Shown: positions 28,928 through 40,772 of the stretch, piece after piece
Position numbering within the stretch: the stretch's first letter is position 1
How the letters are laid out: each line of letters starts with the position of its first letter
Assembly: GCA_964558645.1 (NCBI GenBank)
Contig: CAZLEV010000006.1
Span: 1 to 64,000 of the forward strand
Source of the DNA: an uncultured archaeon
Lineage (GTDB): Archaea > Asgardarchaeota > Thorarchaeia > Thorarchaeales > Thorarchaeaceae
Reading direction: 5' to 3'
DNA: 64,000 bases
Notes under the pieces: generated by a model
Told to the model about the DNA's origin: nothing
Database searches by the model: none
The model's input: the letters and a program-made list of their open reading frames with translations, nothing else
Translations under genes and position numbers: made by a program

Positions 28928-30426
28928 AGTACTTCGGTGGCCAACTGCTCTGCATGCTTAGCATCGGCATCTGCAAGGTCGGCACTGAACCGAGCAATCA
29001 ATCTGAGCGAGGCCTCCATCTCACGCATCCGCTTCTCCAATCTCCGTGATTGCTGTCGTTTCTTCGTTATCTTTGATGCCCCCCGGCCCAGTTCTCGGTA
29101 GAGAGCAAGGGCAGCTGATTCAATCTGCACCGAGTTAGATATAGACTGTTTTCCTGCTGCTTGGTATGGTACTCTTGTAGAACAGAAGCTGACAAAGAGA
29201 GCCCATGGTTGACCACCGGGAATCCCATACCGCGACCAAGAAACTCTCTTGAGTGTCTTTGTGAGAACATCATCACTTGCATCATATAGTAGAGGGACGC
29301 GATTGGCAAACCTATACAAGGTGGGTTCATCTCCCTTTGAGAAGGCTTTGCTCGATGCGATTATGCCCTCTATTATGAAGGGATGACCCTCCCATTCCAG
29401 AGGACCTTTTGACGCGTAGAAAGAATTGTCGGTTTCATACAGTCCGGCGATGGCTGACAGAAAGGCTCGTCGGTTGATAGGGCTTAGAGAACTGCTATCA
29501 GGGCGGTTGAAGTGGTCATAGGATTTCATTACTGCAGAGATACGAGATATCTCTTCACGGCTCAGTTCACCAACCTTTCTTCTTGGATCTTGACCAAGAA
29601 AGTCGATGAACTCAGATGCGATTTTTCGGCCAACCTGCTGGAAGGACTCGACCAAGTATTCCTTCAATGAGAGAGCTTCTCTTCCTGCCATGGTCCTCCG
29701 TAGCAGTTCTGTGTCCGCTGCTCGAGGATGAGGTTTTGTCGTCACAGGCCGGGGAGGAAGCGCTTCTACCCAAGGCCCCACATCAAGAATAGGCTCATTG
29801 TCAATTCTCAGGACCAATCGCGCATGAGGTGTTGCTATGGAGCTCAAGCTGAGATACTCCTCGATTCGAGCGGCAGCTCTTGGAAGGTCCCCATCGATTC
29901 TCACGGTGACTGTAGTTCCATTCTCAGACCGCAATCGTTCCCTAGTCAGTTCTACCACTGGATGGTTATTCTCGATGTCTACGTAGAGACTATACTCACG
30001 ACCACGGTTGTTGCTCTGAGTGTGAATGATGACAGGAGAGTCTGTGGTTATCTGCCCGTACAATACCGCCATGGTCACTCCAAGTCCGAAGGTACCGCGT
30101 TCTTGACGTAGCCCATACTTGCTACCATAGAGTACCTGGCCGAATGCACTGGGCACTTCATCGTATGGTAGACCGGATCCGTTGTCCTCCACCGAGATGG
30201 TGACCTGATTGGATGTAGTGGACTCGATGGTCACTGTCACAAGAGGGGGACGACCTGCATTTTCACATGAGTCCAGGCTGTTCTCAACGAGCTCGCGGAC
30301 TGTGGAATAAGTTGCTTGAGCTGGGTTGCCAAATCCTGCCATCTGACGATTTCTATAGAAGAATTCGGATGGGGATATGCTGCTGAATTCTGAATGTCTG
30401 CTCTCCGGTCCACTCATCTGTTTCAT
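28909..30426 (-). CDS. top6B: DNA topoisomerase VI subunit B
   Basis: SPSEFFYRN, ELVENSLD, DNGSG, RFANRVPLLY. Confidence 0.95.
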   Translation of the reverse strand: MKQMSGPESRHSEFSSISPSEFFYRNRQMAGFGNPAQATYSTVRELVENSLDSCENAGRPPLVTVTIESTTSNQVTISVEDNGSGLPYDEVPSAFGQVLYGSKYGLRQERGTFGLGVTMAVLYGQITTDSPVIIHTQSNNRGREYSLYVDIENNHPVVELTRERLRSENGTTVTVRIDGDLPRAAARIEEYLSLSSIATPHARLVLRIDNEPILDVGPWVEALPPRPVTTKPHPRAADTELLRRTMAGREALSLKEYLVESFQQVGRKIASEFIDFLGQDPRRKVGELSREEISRISAVMKSYDHFNRPDSSSLSPINRRAFLSAIAGLYETDNSFYASKGPLEWEGHPFIIEGIIASSKAFSKGDEPTLYRFANRVPLLYDASDDVLTKTLKRVSWSRYGIPGGQPWALFVSFCSTRVPYQAAGKQSISNSVQIESAALALYRELGRGASKITKKRQQSRRLEKRMREMEASLRLIARFSADLADADAKHAEQLATEVLWRDGP

Positions 30427-30503
30427 GGAGTCTTTGCATGATAGATTACATAAGGGAGGGTATTACATGCGACGTCTTGAGCCATTCTAAGCCCTGGTAG
30501 AAA

Positions 30504-31070
30504 CTATTCCCAGAGCTGAGCCCGCATGCGGTTTATTTCTTGCCTCATTTTCTCAAGGTAGCTGTATACTGCCCCGTGAGGAGCTCCATCGATGAGCATA
30601 CTTACAGCTCGTTGCGCATAATCGAGGCCTGGGTCACGGCCAATGATTCCCACAGTACGACCATAGACACAGATCTTCGTTTCGGTTATCTCTTCAATCA
30701 CCTTGCGACTGCGACCATTCTCCCCAATTATCCTTCCAGCAACCCGCTTCAGCTGCGAGGGTGACGAGCCGACGGCTTGTCGTAGCGGGATAATCAGTAA
30801 ACGGGTATAATCATCCAGTAGCTCGAGTGCATTCTGCGGACTGAATCCGCGAGCCATGGCTTTAACAATGTCTCTTGCCTTCCAGGCTAGAACCGGATCA
30901 CTACTATCCTCTCTGCTTGTGATTGTCACATAGCCCTCGGAATTGACATCGAGGGAGGAGTTGGTCAGATGTTCAATCCTCTTCTTTACCCGACCGTTTC
31001 GACCCACAATGACGCCTATTCGTTCGATAGGTACTCGAATCGTTTCATGAAACAACATCTTACTATTCAC
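30504..31070 (-). CDS. KH-domain rRNA processing protein (Dim2/Pno1)
   Basis: RIGVIVG..G, RGFSP, GRIIG..G, GAPHGAVY. Confidence 0.92.
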   Translation of the reverse strand: MNSKMLFHETIRVPIERIGVIVGRNGRVKKRIEHLTNSSLDVNSEGYVTITSREDSSDPVLAWKARDIVKAMARGFSPQNALELLDDYTRLLIIPLRQAVGSSPSQLKRVAGRIIGENGRSRKVIEEITETKICVYGRTVGIIGRDPGLDYAQRAVSMLIDGAPHGAVYSYLEKMRQEINRMRAQLWE

Positions 31071-31881
31071 CCGATGATAGAATGTACGCGGTAATCACTT
31101 CAGGATCTTCTGTTTCAACATCCATTTTGCTAAAGAACCGAGTCATGTTTTGAATGTCACGGAGTAGGTATTTCCCAGCGTAGTCGTGTGCAGTGAGTAC
31201 TGCTTGAGAAACGTCAATGATTATTGGTTTGTCGTGCCAAAGAATGTTGAACTCGCTTAGGTCGGCATGAACAAGACCAGCGTCATTGTAGCCGACAGCA
31301 ATCATGTCGATTATGTCATTGAACACATCAGCAGGATGTTCAAGAATAGCGTCCTTCAGAAGGGGAGCTGGGAGTGCTGACTCCTTGTCCCCAATGAACT
31401 CCATGATTAGCACATTCTTTTCTATATCAATTGGCTCTGGGACCTTCACGCCAGCCTGATGGTATCTTTGAAGATTCTTGTATTCTTTCATGGCCCACAG
31501 GGGGATGAGAGTACGCGCATTGCGCCGTATCCTTTTGAAACGCGGGTCGCCAACAATGTATTCAAGCATATAGTCTGATTCGGCGGTGGTCATTCGGTAA
31601 ATCTTGACTGCGACTGCCATTCCATCCAAATCCTCGCCCCGATAGACATTCGCCTCCTTTCCGGTGCTAATAGCACCATGTACTGCGTTAATCGAACCAC
31701 GACTCAAAAGCTTGTACAGAATTTTCAGGGTGGGGGGGTCTATGACGCCTTCTATGACTTTGAACTCATCAGAATCCTTTCTTCGTGTGGAGCGGTCATC
31801 AATTCTGTCCTCTATGAGCCGTCGTTTCTTCTCAGCATCACGCAAGATATTCACCGACAATGTGCGGTATTCTCTACTCAT
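31063..31881 (-). CDS. rio1: RIO1 atypical protein kinase
   Basis: STGKEANVY, HADLSEFN, IDVSQ. Confidence 0.95.
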   Translation of the reverse strand: MSREYRTLSVNILRDAEKKRRLIEDRIDDRSTRRKDSDEFKVIEGVIDPPTLKILYKLLSRGSINAVHGAISTGKEANVYRGEDLDGMAVAVKIYRMTTAESDYMLEYIVGDPRFKRIRRNARTLIPLWAMKEYKNLQRYHQAGVKVPEPIDIEKNVLIMEFIGDKESALPAPLLKDAILEHPADVFNDIIDMIAVGYNDAGLVHADLSEFNILWHDKPIIIDVSQAVLTAHDYAGKYLLRDIQNMTRFFSKMDVETEDPEVITAYILSSGE

Positions 31882-31921
31882 TCATCTCGCTTAGAACACT
31901 TCTGTGCAGAAAAAGGCTTGG

Positions 31922-32251
31922 CTAGAACATCTTGAGAATGCCCCGTTTCTTCAACCAGTCAATCTCATTACCCCGATAACGCCAGACAACATCACACTTT
32001 TCGTCGGTCTGGAAGGCCCAAGGTACTACCAAGACAGTGTCGCCGATTCTCATCCATATACGTTTCTTCATTCTGCCTGGAATACGGCCGATACGAATCT
32101 CCCCATCCTCACATCGGACCCGGACTCTGTCATGACCAAGCATCTGGATTATGATACCGAACATCTCGCCTTCGTCACGTCTCGGCGTTCTGACTCTGAA
32201 TGTCTCATCGTCTCCTTGGGAATTTCTGTTTCTGCGGGACAAAGTAATCAT
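31922..32251 (-). CDS. eif1a: Translation initiation factor aIF-1A
   Basis: MLG..RVRVRCEDG..RIGRIPGRMKKRIWMRIGD. Confidence 0.96.
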   Translation of the reverse strand: MITLSRRNRNSQGDDETFRVRTPRRDEGEMFGIIIQMLGHDRVRVRCEDGEIRIGRIPGRMKKRIWMRIGDTVLVVPWAFQTDEKCDVVWRYRGNEIDWLKKRGILKMF

Positions 32252-32342
32252 CCGTCTACGAGGCAGACTCTAGGCCCATCTTACCTCGACCGAGCTTGGA
32301 TTCCCACGCCATTTAAGCGTACCGAAATAACAGGGAGCGCCG

Positions 32343-33437
32343 TTATTCTTGGTTGTTTCTTGGAACAACATAGATATGGCCTTCAACGTCAAGCAGATGA
32401 ACCGTATCACCCACTTCAACATCTTCAGCAAACCGGGCACGATCAACCTCTATAGTGCGATAGGATGAAGAATCCATCAGTTGAAATGGTTGGTTGTAGC
32501 CCTCAGCAATTATCTTGTATTCCCTGCGCTCATTCTTAAGTGCAACAAATTCTATGGTCCTCCACTTTGAGCTCTTGGGATTTATCGTAAAGCTTGTCTG
32601 CTCAACTAGATCATAGCACCCGAGTCCACCTCTTCCAATAGAAACAACCTCACATGTATTCCCCAAGACCTTGATGAAATCGCCCTTTCTGAAGCGCGGT
32701 AGCCTGAGAAGGATAGTGATTCTATACTTCTCCCTTCCGTCCTTGTCTTGACCAAAAAGTTTGTAGTTCTCTTTTCGTTCGGCAAGGTAGCTGAATTGGA
32801 TGTGGTCTGCAATCTTCTTAGCCAGATGCTCCGACCCAATCTTGAAATCCAGACCATGGCGATCTCGTGAGATCTCTGTGACATAGGCCTTGACATCTTT
32901 GCCGTATTCGGCCACAGTCATGTCGGTAACGATTCCGGCGATTTCTTCGGCTTCGTTATCTGTAAGGCTTCGCTCGTCCGTACGAATCTGAATGATGGCC
33001 TCGTGGTAGCCCCCGCTCATCATTCCACAAGTATCGCAGGTTCCATGACTGAATCTTATTTCAACAGGAAACTCTTCTTGATGCTCAGGAAGAACTGGAT
33101 GGGATTGCCCACACGCTGTTAGAGTCACATGGAGGACGCGATCCAGGTTCTTGTCTTCGTGTATCTCCAACTGTACATCAGGAACGAGATAGCTGATTTC
33201 CTGTGAGAGCAGAATAGACACCTGAATCCCCCTCAATTCTCCTTCATCTTGATATCGTTCCTCTATGGCCCTCCATCCGCCAGGCACTTTCACAGCACCG
33301 CATCGTTTGCACACTTGTATGGCGAGCGGCGTATCTACTTGAATGAGTGGATGTGATTCGTTGTAGCACTTGATACAGAGTCCTTCCACTTCTGCATCTG
33401 CACCACATACATAACAGGGAGGCTTCATGCTTCTCAT
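32343..33437 (-). CDS. nmd3: NMD3 large-subunit maturation factor
   Basis: Four CxxC pairs, GGYHEAIIQIR, YRITILLRLP. Confidence 0.9.
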   Translation of the reverse strand: MRSMKPPCYVCGADAEVEGLCIKCYNESHPLIQVDTPLAIQVCKRCGAVKVPGGWRAIEERYQDEGELRGIQVSILLSQEISYLVPDVQLEIHEDKNLDRVLHVTLTACGQSHPVLPEHQEEFPVEIRFSHGTCDTCGMMSGGYHEAIIQIRTDERSLTDNEAEEIAGIVTDMTVAEYGKDVKAYVTEISRDRHGLDFKIGSEHLAKKIADHIQFSYLAERKENYKLFGQDKDGREKYRITILLRLPRFRKGDFIKVLGNTCEVVSIGRGGLGCYDLVEQTSFTINPKSSKWRTIEFVALKNERREYKIIAEGYNQPFQLMDSSSYRTIEVDRARFAEDVEVGDTVHLLDVEGHIYVVPRNNQE

Positions 33438-33531
33438 TACTAGAGGCCCAGTTAAGCGCTTAAAGAATGGGGTATGGTCAAGGCTCCGTCCTAGCAGAAG
33501 TCTTTTGTTGCCAACGATTCTTCAGAGTGAT

Positions 33532-33957
33532 ATGCCTCGCAGTAAGCGTTGGAGACGGGTTTCGAGAGAGCCATCTGTTTCCGTCTACAAGCCTGCCGGG
33601 ATTCCGGCAAAGGATTTGGATGAGATTCTCATAACAGTTGATGAGTTTGAGGCGATACGCTTGGCAGACTTTGTTGGGATGACTCAAAGGGAGGCAAGCG
33701 AAGTGATGAACATAAGCCAACCCACCTTCAACCGGACTCTCGCATCTGCAAGGGCAAAGATTGCCCAGGGACTGGTTGAGGGGTGTGTGATCAGGATTGA
33801 GGGAGGTCGTTATGTTCTCGCTGACGGGTCAGGTGCTCTGGAATGTAGAGAGTGCGGCCATGCTATTGAGGGTTCGGCCAGCAACCAGACTACCTGTCCA
33901 AAATGTGGCTCCGCAAGGCTTCGTTGGGTTCGATGGAAGAAAGATGACGGTGATTAG
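33532..33957 (+). CDS. DUF134 (UPF0251) DNA-binding protein with C-terminal Zn ribbon
   Basis: DEFEAIRLAD, MNISQPTF.R.L.SAR.KIA, CREC...CPKC. Confidence 0.9.
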   Translation: MPRSKRWRRVSREPSVSVYKPAGIPAKDLDEILITVDEFEAIRLADFVGMTQREASEVMNISQPTFNRTLASARAKIAQGLVEGCVIRIEGGRYVLADGSGALECRECGHAIEGSASNQTTCPKCGSARLRWVRWKKDDGD

Positions 33958-33960
33958 ACA

Positions 33961-34341
33961 ATGACTACTAGCAGAATAGCGATTCCGATAGATAGCAATC
34001 AGGGACTGGAGAGTGCAGTAAGTGGACACTTCGGACACTGTCCAGCCTTTGCCCTGGTGACACTCGAGAATGGAAAGACAACAGGACTTGACTTGGTTGA
34101 GAATGTTCCTCATTCCAGCTGTGCCGGGCCAGTTAATCTCCTCGCCGAACACGGGGTAGAGGTTCTGCTTGCTTCGGGAATGGGCATGCGCCCCTACGTG
34201 ATTGCAAAACAGCTTGGAATAGCAGTACTGAAATCAGATGGCAAGACTGTTGCTGAGGCCATAGAAGGTTATACTAGAGGAGATGCAAAGGATATAAGAG
34301 ACGGAGGCCTTTGCCAAGGCGGGCGAGGAGCCAATTTCTAG
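33961..34341 (+). CDS. NifB/NifX-family FeMo-cofactor-binding-domain protein
   Basis: RIAIP, HFGHCPAF, GMG.R. Confidence 0.88.
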   Translation: MTTSRIAIPIDSNQGLESAVSGHFGHCPAFALVTLENGKTTGLDLVENVPHSSCAGPVNLLAEHGVEVLLASGMGMRPYVIAKQLGIAVLKSDGKTVAEAIEGYTRGDAKDIRDGGLCQGGRGANF

Positions 34342-34637
34342 AGCTTGACCCATTGGGCATGGGGGTGGCCTTCAATGTACATAACAGCCTTTTCGTGAAC
34401 AAGGCCTGCGCTAATTGCAGCATCAACTGTATCCTGACCCACCATATTGAGAATAGTAGCTTTCTTGATGTGTTCCAGACAGGTTTCCATATCAACAAGG
34501 GTATCGCCATAGAAGGCCTTGCTTACTTTAAACTCAATGTCCCCCTGAGTGAGGGTTCTTCCCAGTAACGTCTCATCACAGATTGCTACAAGATAATGTT
34601 CCAGCGTTTCTCTTACCCGCATGTAGACGGATGACAT
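34338..34637 (-). CDS. DUF424 family protein
   Basis: VAICDE.LLG, FYG, ATILNMVG. Confidence 0.88.
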   Translation of the reverse strand: MSSVYMRVRETLEHYLVAICDETLLGRTLTQGDIEFKVSKAFYGDTLVDMETCLEHIKKATILNMVGQDTVDAAISAGLVHEKAVMYIEGHPHAQWVKL

Positions 34638-34648
34638 TCTGGGACCTC

Positions 34649-35068
34649 CTATACGGGACGAATCGAGGTTCTTGCACCACAAGCAGAACAATGGAGATAG
34701 TAGGCACTCTGTTCCTTTATGATGCTCGTATCTGGCCTTCCGCACACAGGGCAAATAACGTATGAATCGATGTATCTTCGCAGCATCTCTTCTACCATAT
34801 ACTCGGAGAACTTACCGTTGAATATTGCATTGCTACCTTCAATGGTACCTGCTGTTGCAAGCTGCCCTGATACGAACTTTAGTACTTCTTTTCCAGGACG
34901 ATTCAAGACGTTCACTATCTCTTGAAAGTTCTGCCATATGCTTCTGTTACCTTGGACTATCAGCTGTACATCAGGAACTTGAAAGCGCTCACCAGATCTC
35001 TTGAAGGCATCTTCTGGCACTTGTGACCTGGCCCTATCGAGTAGGCTATTGTAATCGTCCATATGCAA
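34649..35068 (-). CDS. eif2b: Translation initiation factor aIF-2 beta
   Basis: ERF.VP, YVICPVCGRPDT, CSACGA. Confidence 0.95.
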   Translation of the reverse strand: MHMDDYNSLLDRARSQVPEDAFKRSGERFQVPDVQLIVQGNRSIWQNFQEIVNVLNRPGKEVLKFVSGQLATAGTIEGSNAIFNGKFSEYMVEEMLRRYIDSYVICPVCGRPDTSIIKEQSAYYLHCSACGARTSIRPV

Positions 35069-35124
35069 GTGTGCTACCTGTCTGCTATTGAAGCTTCTGC
35101 TCTATGACATCTGTGATGGTTGGT

Positions 35125-35862
35125 CTAGCTGCTGGGGTCCAATACCCCAATGTCTTCTGGACGCTCTCGAACGTATCCGTTCTCAAGTAGTTCGACCACT
35201 CTCATGTTTATTTCCATCTTGTCAATTCCTTCACCATGGAAGTGTTCAATCACTTCCTCAATCTTGACACCGTCGGGCCCCCTCTTCTCTTTGATGTAGT
35301 CCAGAATCTGCCGGGAGAGCTTGCCGAGCATGCTGATGGGTGGGGTAGCCAATTCATCAGTGTCCTTCGTGCCTGTTGACGACTCAGAAACATAGTCCTC
35401 GAGACCTACTGTTTCTTCCACATCCACCTCTTCACTCTCGGGAGCAGTAACCCCGCTCAGTGTAAGAAGCCCCCAGAGTCGCTGTAACATGTGTAAGGTC
35501 ATGTAATTTCCATCATCTATTCTTCGGACGATCTCGGAGAGAAGATAGATACGGTCTTCATACTGACGGACTTTCCCGATCACCAAATATAGCTGATCTG
35601 CTTCAACCTGTTCCAGCAATGATGTATCAACGCCGAATGTACGAGCCTGAATTACACCAGATCCATCATCGATAGTAATGCTTGCTAGATTCCGGTCCGC
35701 ATTCACAAATTTCTCAACGATAAACCCCACTATACCGACCCGTCGTAGCTCAACACCATACTTTGAAACAACGCGAGGGCCTCCCGAATCATCAAACTGG
35801 CCCTCAACAATGTCAGCCACGGAGGCTCGAACTGTGGTCATTCTCGGCTGCATCTTATTCAC
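35125..35862 (-). CDS. RPA32-like ssDNA-binding protein (OB fold + acidic linker + winged helix)
   Basis: RVGIVG, ITIDDGSGVI, VIGKVR; C-terminal wH ..LLENGYV. Confidence 0.78.
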   Translation of the reverse strand: MNKMQPRMTTVRASVADIVEGQFDDSGGPRVVSKYGVELRRVGIVGFIVEKFVNADRNLASITIDDGSGVIQARTFGVDTSLLEQVEADQLYLVIGKVRQYEDRIYLLSEIVRRIDDGNYMTLHMLQRLWGLLTLSGVTAPESEEVDVEETVGLEDYVSESSTGTKDTDELATPPISMLGKLSRQILDYIKEKRGPDGVKIEEVIEHFHGEGIDKMEINMRVVELLENGYVRERPEDIGVLDPSS

Positions 35863-35941
35863 ACACCAACATCGACATTCAGGTTTTTCTTACATTGCTA
35901 TATATCGTTCACGGATTCGTACCAAAGGGTATCTTGGACAA

Positions 35942-36976
35942 TCAGAAGAAATCGGTCAGGGTGCTCTGCTGTTGCATATCTCTAATCTCTTCGAGAGCCT
36001 CCTCCAACCTCTTGAGAGAACCTGAGATTCTCCCTTCGCTGAAATCATGCTCTGTACAGAGAATTCTATGGATAAGCTTTGGGTTGGGGTCATTCCACAC
36101 AGGGTCATTGATAGGAACCTCTGGAGGATCCAAGAAGATTTCCCGGATACGTTCATATGGGAAATCAAGTTCAAATCCCTTCTCCTTGCGTGCTTTTTCC
36201 AAGTCACCATATTTCCGGATGATTTTAAGAGCGGTCTTGGGCCCAATGCCCGGGATCTTGTCGTTGTAGTCCGTACCCACCAGAATGGCGATGTCAACAA
36301 GCTGTTTTCTCGATATCTTTAGGAGACGGAGGTTCAAGTCCAAGTCGATAACCTCTGGATTGATGGTCTTGTATCGATTTGACCTAGCAACCCGCCTTCT
36401 TCCGGTTATGGAGAGATTTCTTATCATACGGGGACAGTTGTATAACAACGAATCATTGTCTTGGCTTGCACTTCCCCAGACCTGTTTCTGCCGAGCCATC
36501 TGAGCGGCAAGCGCCTCACCTTCTGATGGTGCTTGATATACCGGAATCCCCAATGCCACAAGCAACTCCTTACTCTCTTGTACCATCGGGTCCGTGAGTC
36601 TGGAACTTGCCTGGGCCGCCTTCCGAGCGTCTTCTATTCGTCCCTCCTCCTTCGCGCGCGTCCATTCGTTTCTTGCACTTTCTCGTATCTCTCTCCTTCT
36701 TTCGATCTCATCCTGTTTCAGGTCAGGAGGCTCACCATCAAACACATAGACAGGTTTTATGCCGTTCATGAGCAAGTTGATATTCCGATAGAAGAGGCCA
36801 CTGAGATGGCTGGTTACTCGTCCTTGTCCATCCATGAGGGGAGTGCCATCAGGCTGCCGGATTATCGAGAGGAATTGATAGAGGGTATTGAATGCGTCAA
36901 CAGCCACCTTCTTCCCGGACAACTCTTCCAGAGTGACGGTCTCAGCCCTCATGATGTCGCCAAGTTTAGTTCCCAT
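35942..36976 (-). CDS. fen: Flap endonuclease 1
   Basis: DAFNTLYQFL, SEGEA, GTDYN, C-terminal PIP box QSTLTDFF. Confidence 0.97.
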   Translation of the reverse strand: MGTKLGDIMRAETVTLEELSGKKVAVDAFNTLYQFLSIIRQPDGTPLMDGQGRVTSHLSGLFYRNINLLMNGIKPVYVFDGEPPDLKQDEIERRREIRESARNEWTRAKEEGRIEDARKAAQASSRLTDPMVQESKELLVALGIPVYQAPSEGEALAAQMARQKQVWGSASQDNDSLLYNCPRMIRNLSITGRRRVARSNRYKTINPEVIDLDLNLRLLKISRKQLVDIAILVGTDYNDKIPGIGPKTALKIIRKYGDLEKARKEKGFELDFPYERIREIFLDPPEVPINDPVWNDPNPKLIHRILCTEHDFSEGRISGSLKRLEEALEEIRDMQQQSTLTDFF

Positions 36977-37147
36977 GGATTTGGTCTCCCAATGGAGTGG
37001 ATACCTATGAACTATCAATTGCGCATATATGACTTGAGATGGACTGACCCAAGCCTTGTCTGCGGATGCTTCGGTAGGTTTATAAAAAACTCATCGCTCG
37101 GCCCCAAGACAGTAGCAAGAACAAGCCCTGGTGATAATTTGTCTTCA

Positions 37148-37315
37148 ATGAAAGCACTAAGATGCACCTCATGTCACGGGTCGATATCTCCCGAAGAAGA
37201 TAGCGTGAGATTCCAGTGTCCATCGTGTGGAGGATTCTTGATTTGGCGCTGTGAAGTATGTAGGAGATTCTCTGTTAGATACACATGCCCCAATTGTGGT
37301 TTTGAAGGGCCTTGA
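37148..37315 (+). CDS. DUF1610 (HVO_2753-like) small zinc-finger protein
   Basis: CTSC, FQCPSCG, RCEVCR, YTCPNCGFEGP; upstream of EF-1beta. Confidence 0.9.
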   Translation: MKALRCTSCHGSISPEEDSVRFQCPSCGGFLIWRCEVCRRFSVRYTCPNCGFEGP

Positions 37316-37333
37316 CAAGGGAGAAGGATCATT

Positions 37334-37600
37334 ATGGCAAGAGTGGTTATTACTCTCAAGATTATGCCGGAAGACACGGATGTGGACTTGGAGGAGCTTC
37401 TAGAGAAGATAAGGGAGAATGTTCCAGAGGGTACTGATGTGAGGGCAAACGAGATAGTACCTATCGCCTTTGGACTCAAAGCAATACGAATGAATGTTGC
37501 ACGTGACGAGTCCTTGGGTGGTACCGATGATATTGAAGAAGCTATTTCAATGCTCGATGGAGTTTCTCAAGTCGAGGTTGAACGAGTTTCAAGGATGTAA
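37334..37600 (+). CDS. ef1b: Elongation factor 1-beta
   Basis: KIMPE, PIAFGLKA. Confidence 0.95.
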   Translation: MARVVITLKIMPEDTDVDLEELLEKIRENVPEGTDVRANEIVPIAFGLKAIRMNVARDESLGGTDDIEEAISMLDGVSQVEVERVSRM

Positions 37601-37743
37601 TCGTATAGATTGATTCGGGAAATGGTTCTTGGATGATTCCGAAGCGTTTGGCGCGCAATTTGATACTAGATTATTAGCTATAGAGATAAACTCATTAGCG
37701 AACTCTCGGCAGGACAAGCTAGGTAGGCCCACAGGCCCGATAA

Positions 37744-39990
<2,247 letters not shown>

Positions 39991-40008
39991 ATACAGGAGA
40001 AAGAGATA

Positions 40009-40269
40009 TTGTCAACATGGAATACGATACCGCTCAGAAGTCTTGTAATGCGCATCTTAAAGAAGAGGCACGGGGTTATCTTGGACGACGAGCTAGGACG
40101 TGCGCTCAAGAAGGAACTCGGACACGAACCAAGTGAGGCTGAACTCAACTCTGCATTGATGCAACTCGAAATCAACGGCTTGGCTCATGTAAGCCAGATT
40201 ACTAAGACGAAACGTCGAATCGAAACAATATCCGAGGATTCAGAGTTCTTGGCAGTTGACGAGGACTGA
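40009..40269 (+). CDS. Small winged-helix-like hypothetical protein
   Basis: ELNSALMQLEINGL followed by a beta hairpin; RBS upstream. Confidence 0.6.
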   Translation: MSTWNTIPLRSLVMRILKKRHGVILDDELGRALKKELGHEPSEAELNSALMQLEINGLAHVSQITKTKRRIETISEDSEFLAVDED

Positions 40270-40301
40270 GTACAGGATAGAGTATCTGAGGGAAAATCAA
40301 A

Positions 40302-40772
40302 ATGCTTGGCAGGAGAGTCCTTGCAGCCGGTAAGTTTGACATTCTCCATCTTGGACATATCGCATATCTCGAACAAGCGAAGGAAATTGCAGGGGCTGAG
40401 GGACATCTTATTGTAGTTGTTGCGCTCGATTCCACCATTAAGCGAGAGAGAGGTGCACAGCCAGTATTTCCTCAGGAACAGAGAAGAAGGATAGTCCAAG
40501 CTCTTTGTGTTGTGGACGAGGCGGTATTAGGATATGATACCGATGACCACACAAGAATCGTTAAGGATTTGAAACCGGATGTACTTGCGCTTGGCTATGA
40601 CCAGCAGACGAACATAGAGGCTCTTGAACAGCTATTCAAGAGAGAAAAGCTGGATATCGAGATTGTCCGACTTGAGAAAAGAGACGCTGATGGACTCTGC
40701 TCATCCACTCAAATCCGAAAGAGAATTCTACAGTATTATAACGAAAATGGCAAAGCAAGACCTGGCTGCTAG
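40302..40772 (+). CDS. ribL: FAD synthase / cytidyltransferase-like protein
   Basis: FDILHLGH, LGYDQ, SST.IR. Confidence 0.82.
   Translation: MLGRRVLAAGKFDILHLGHIAYLEQAKEIAGAEGHLIVVVALDSTIKRERGAQPVFPQEQRRRIVQALCVVDEAVLGYDTDDHTRIVKDLKPDVLALGYDQQTNIEALEQLFKREKLDIEIVRLEKRDADGLCSSTQIRKRILQYYNENGKARPGC

Noticed and set aside
36533-37315. 260-aa plus-strand ORF
   Set aside because: Mostly antisense to fen1; only the last ~55 aa (DUF1610) are a real gene
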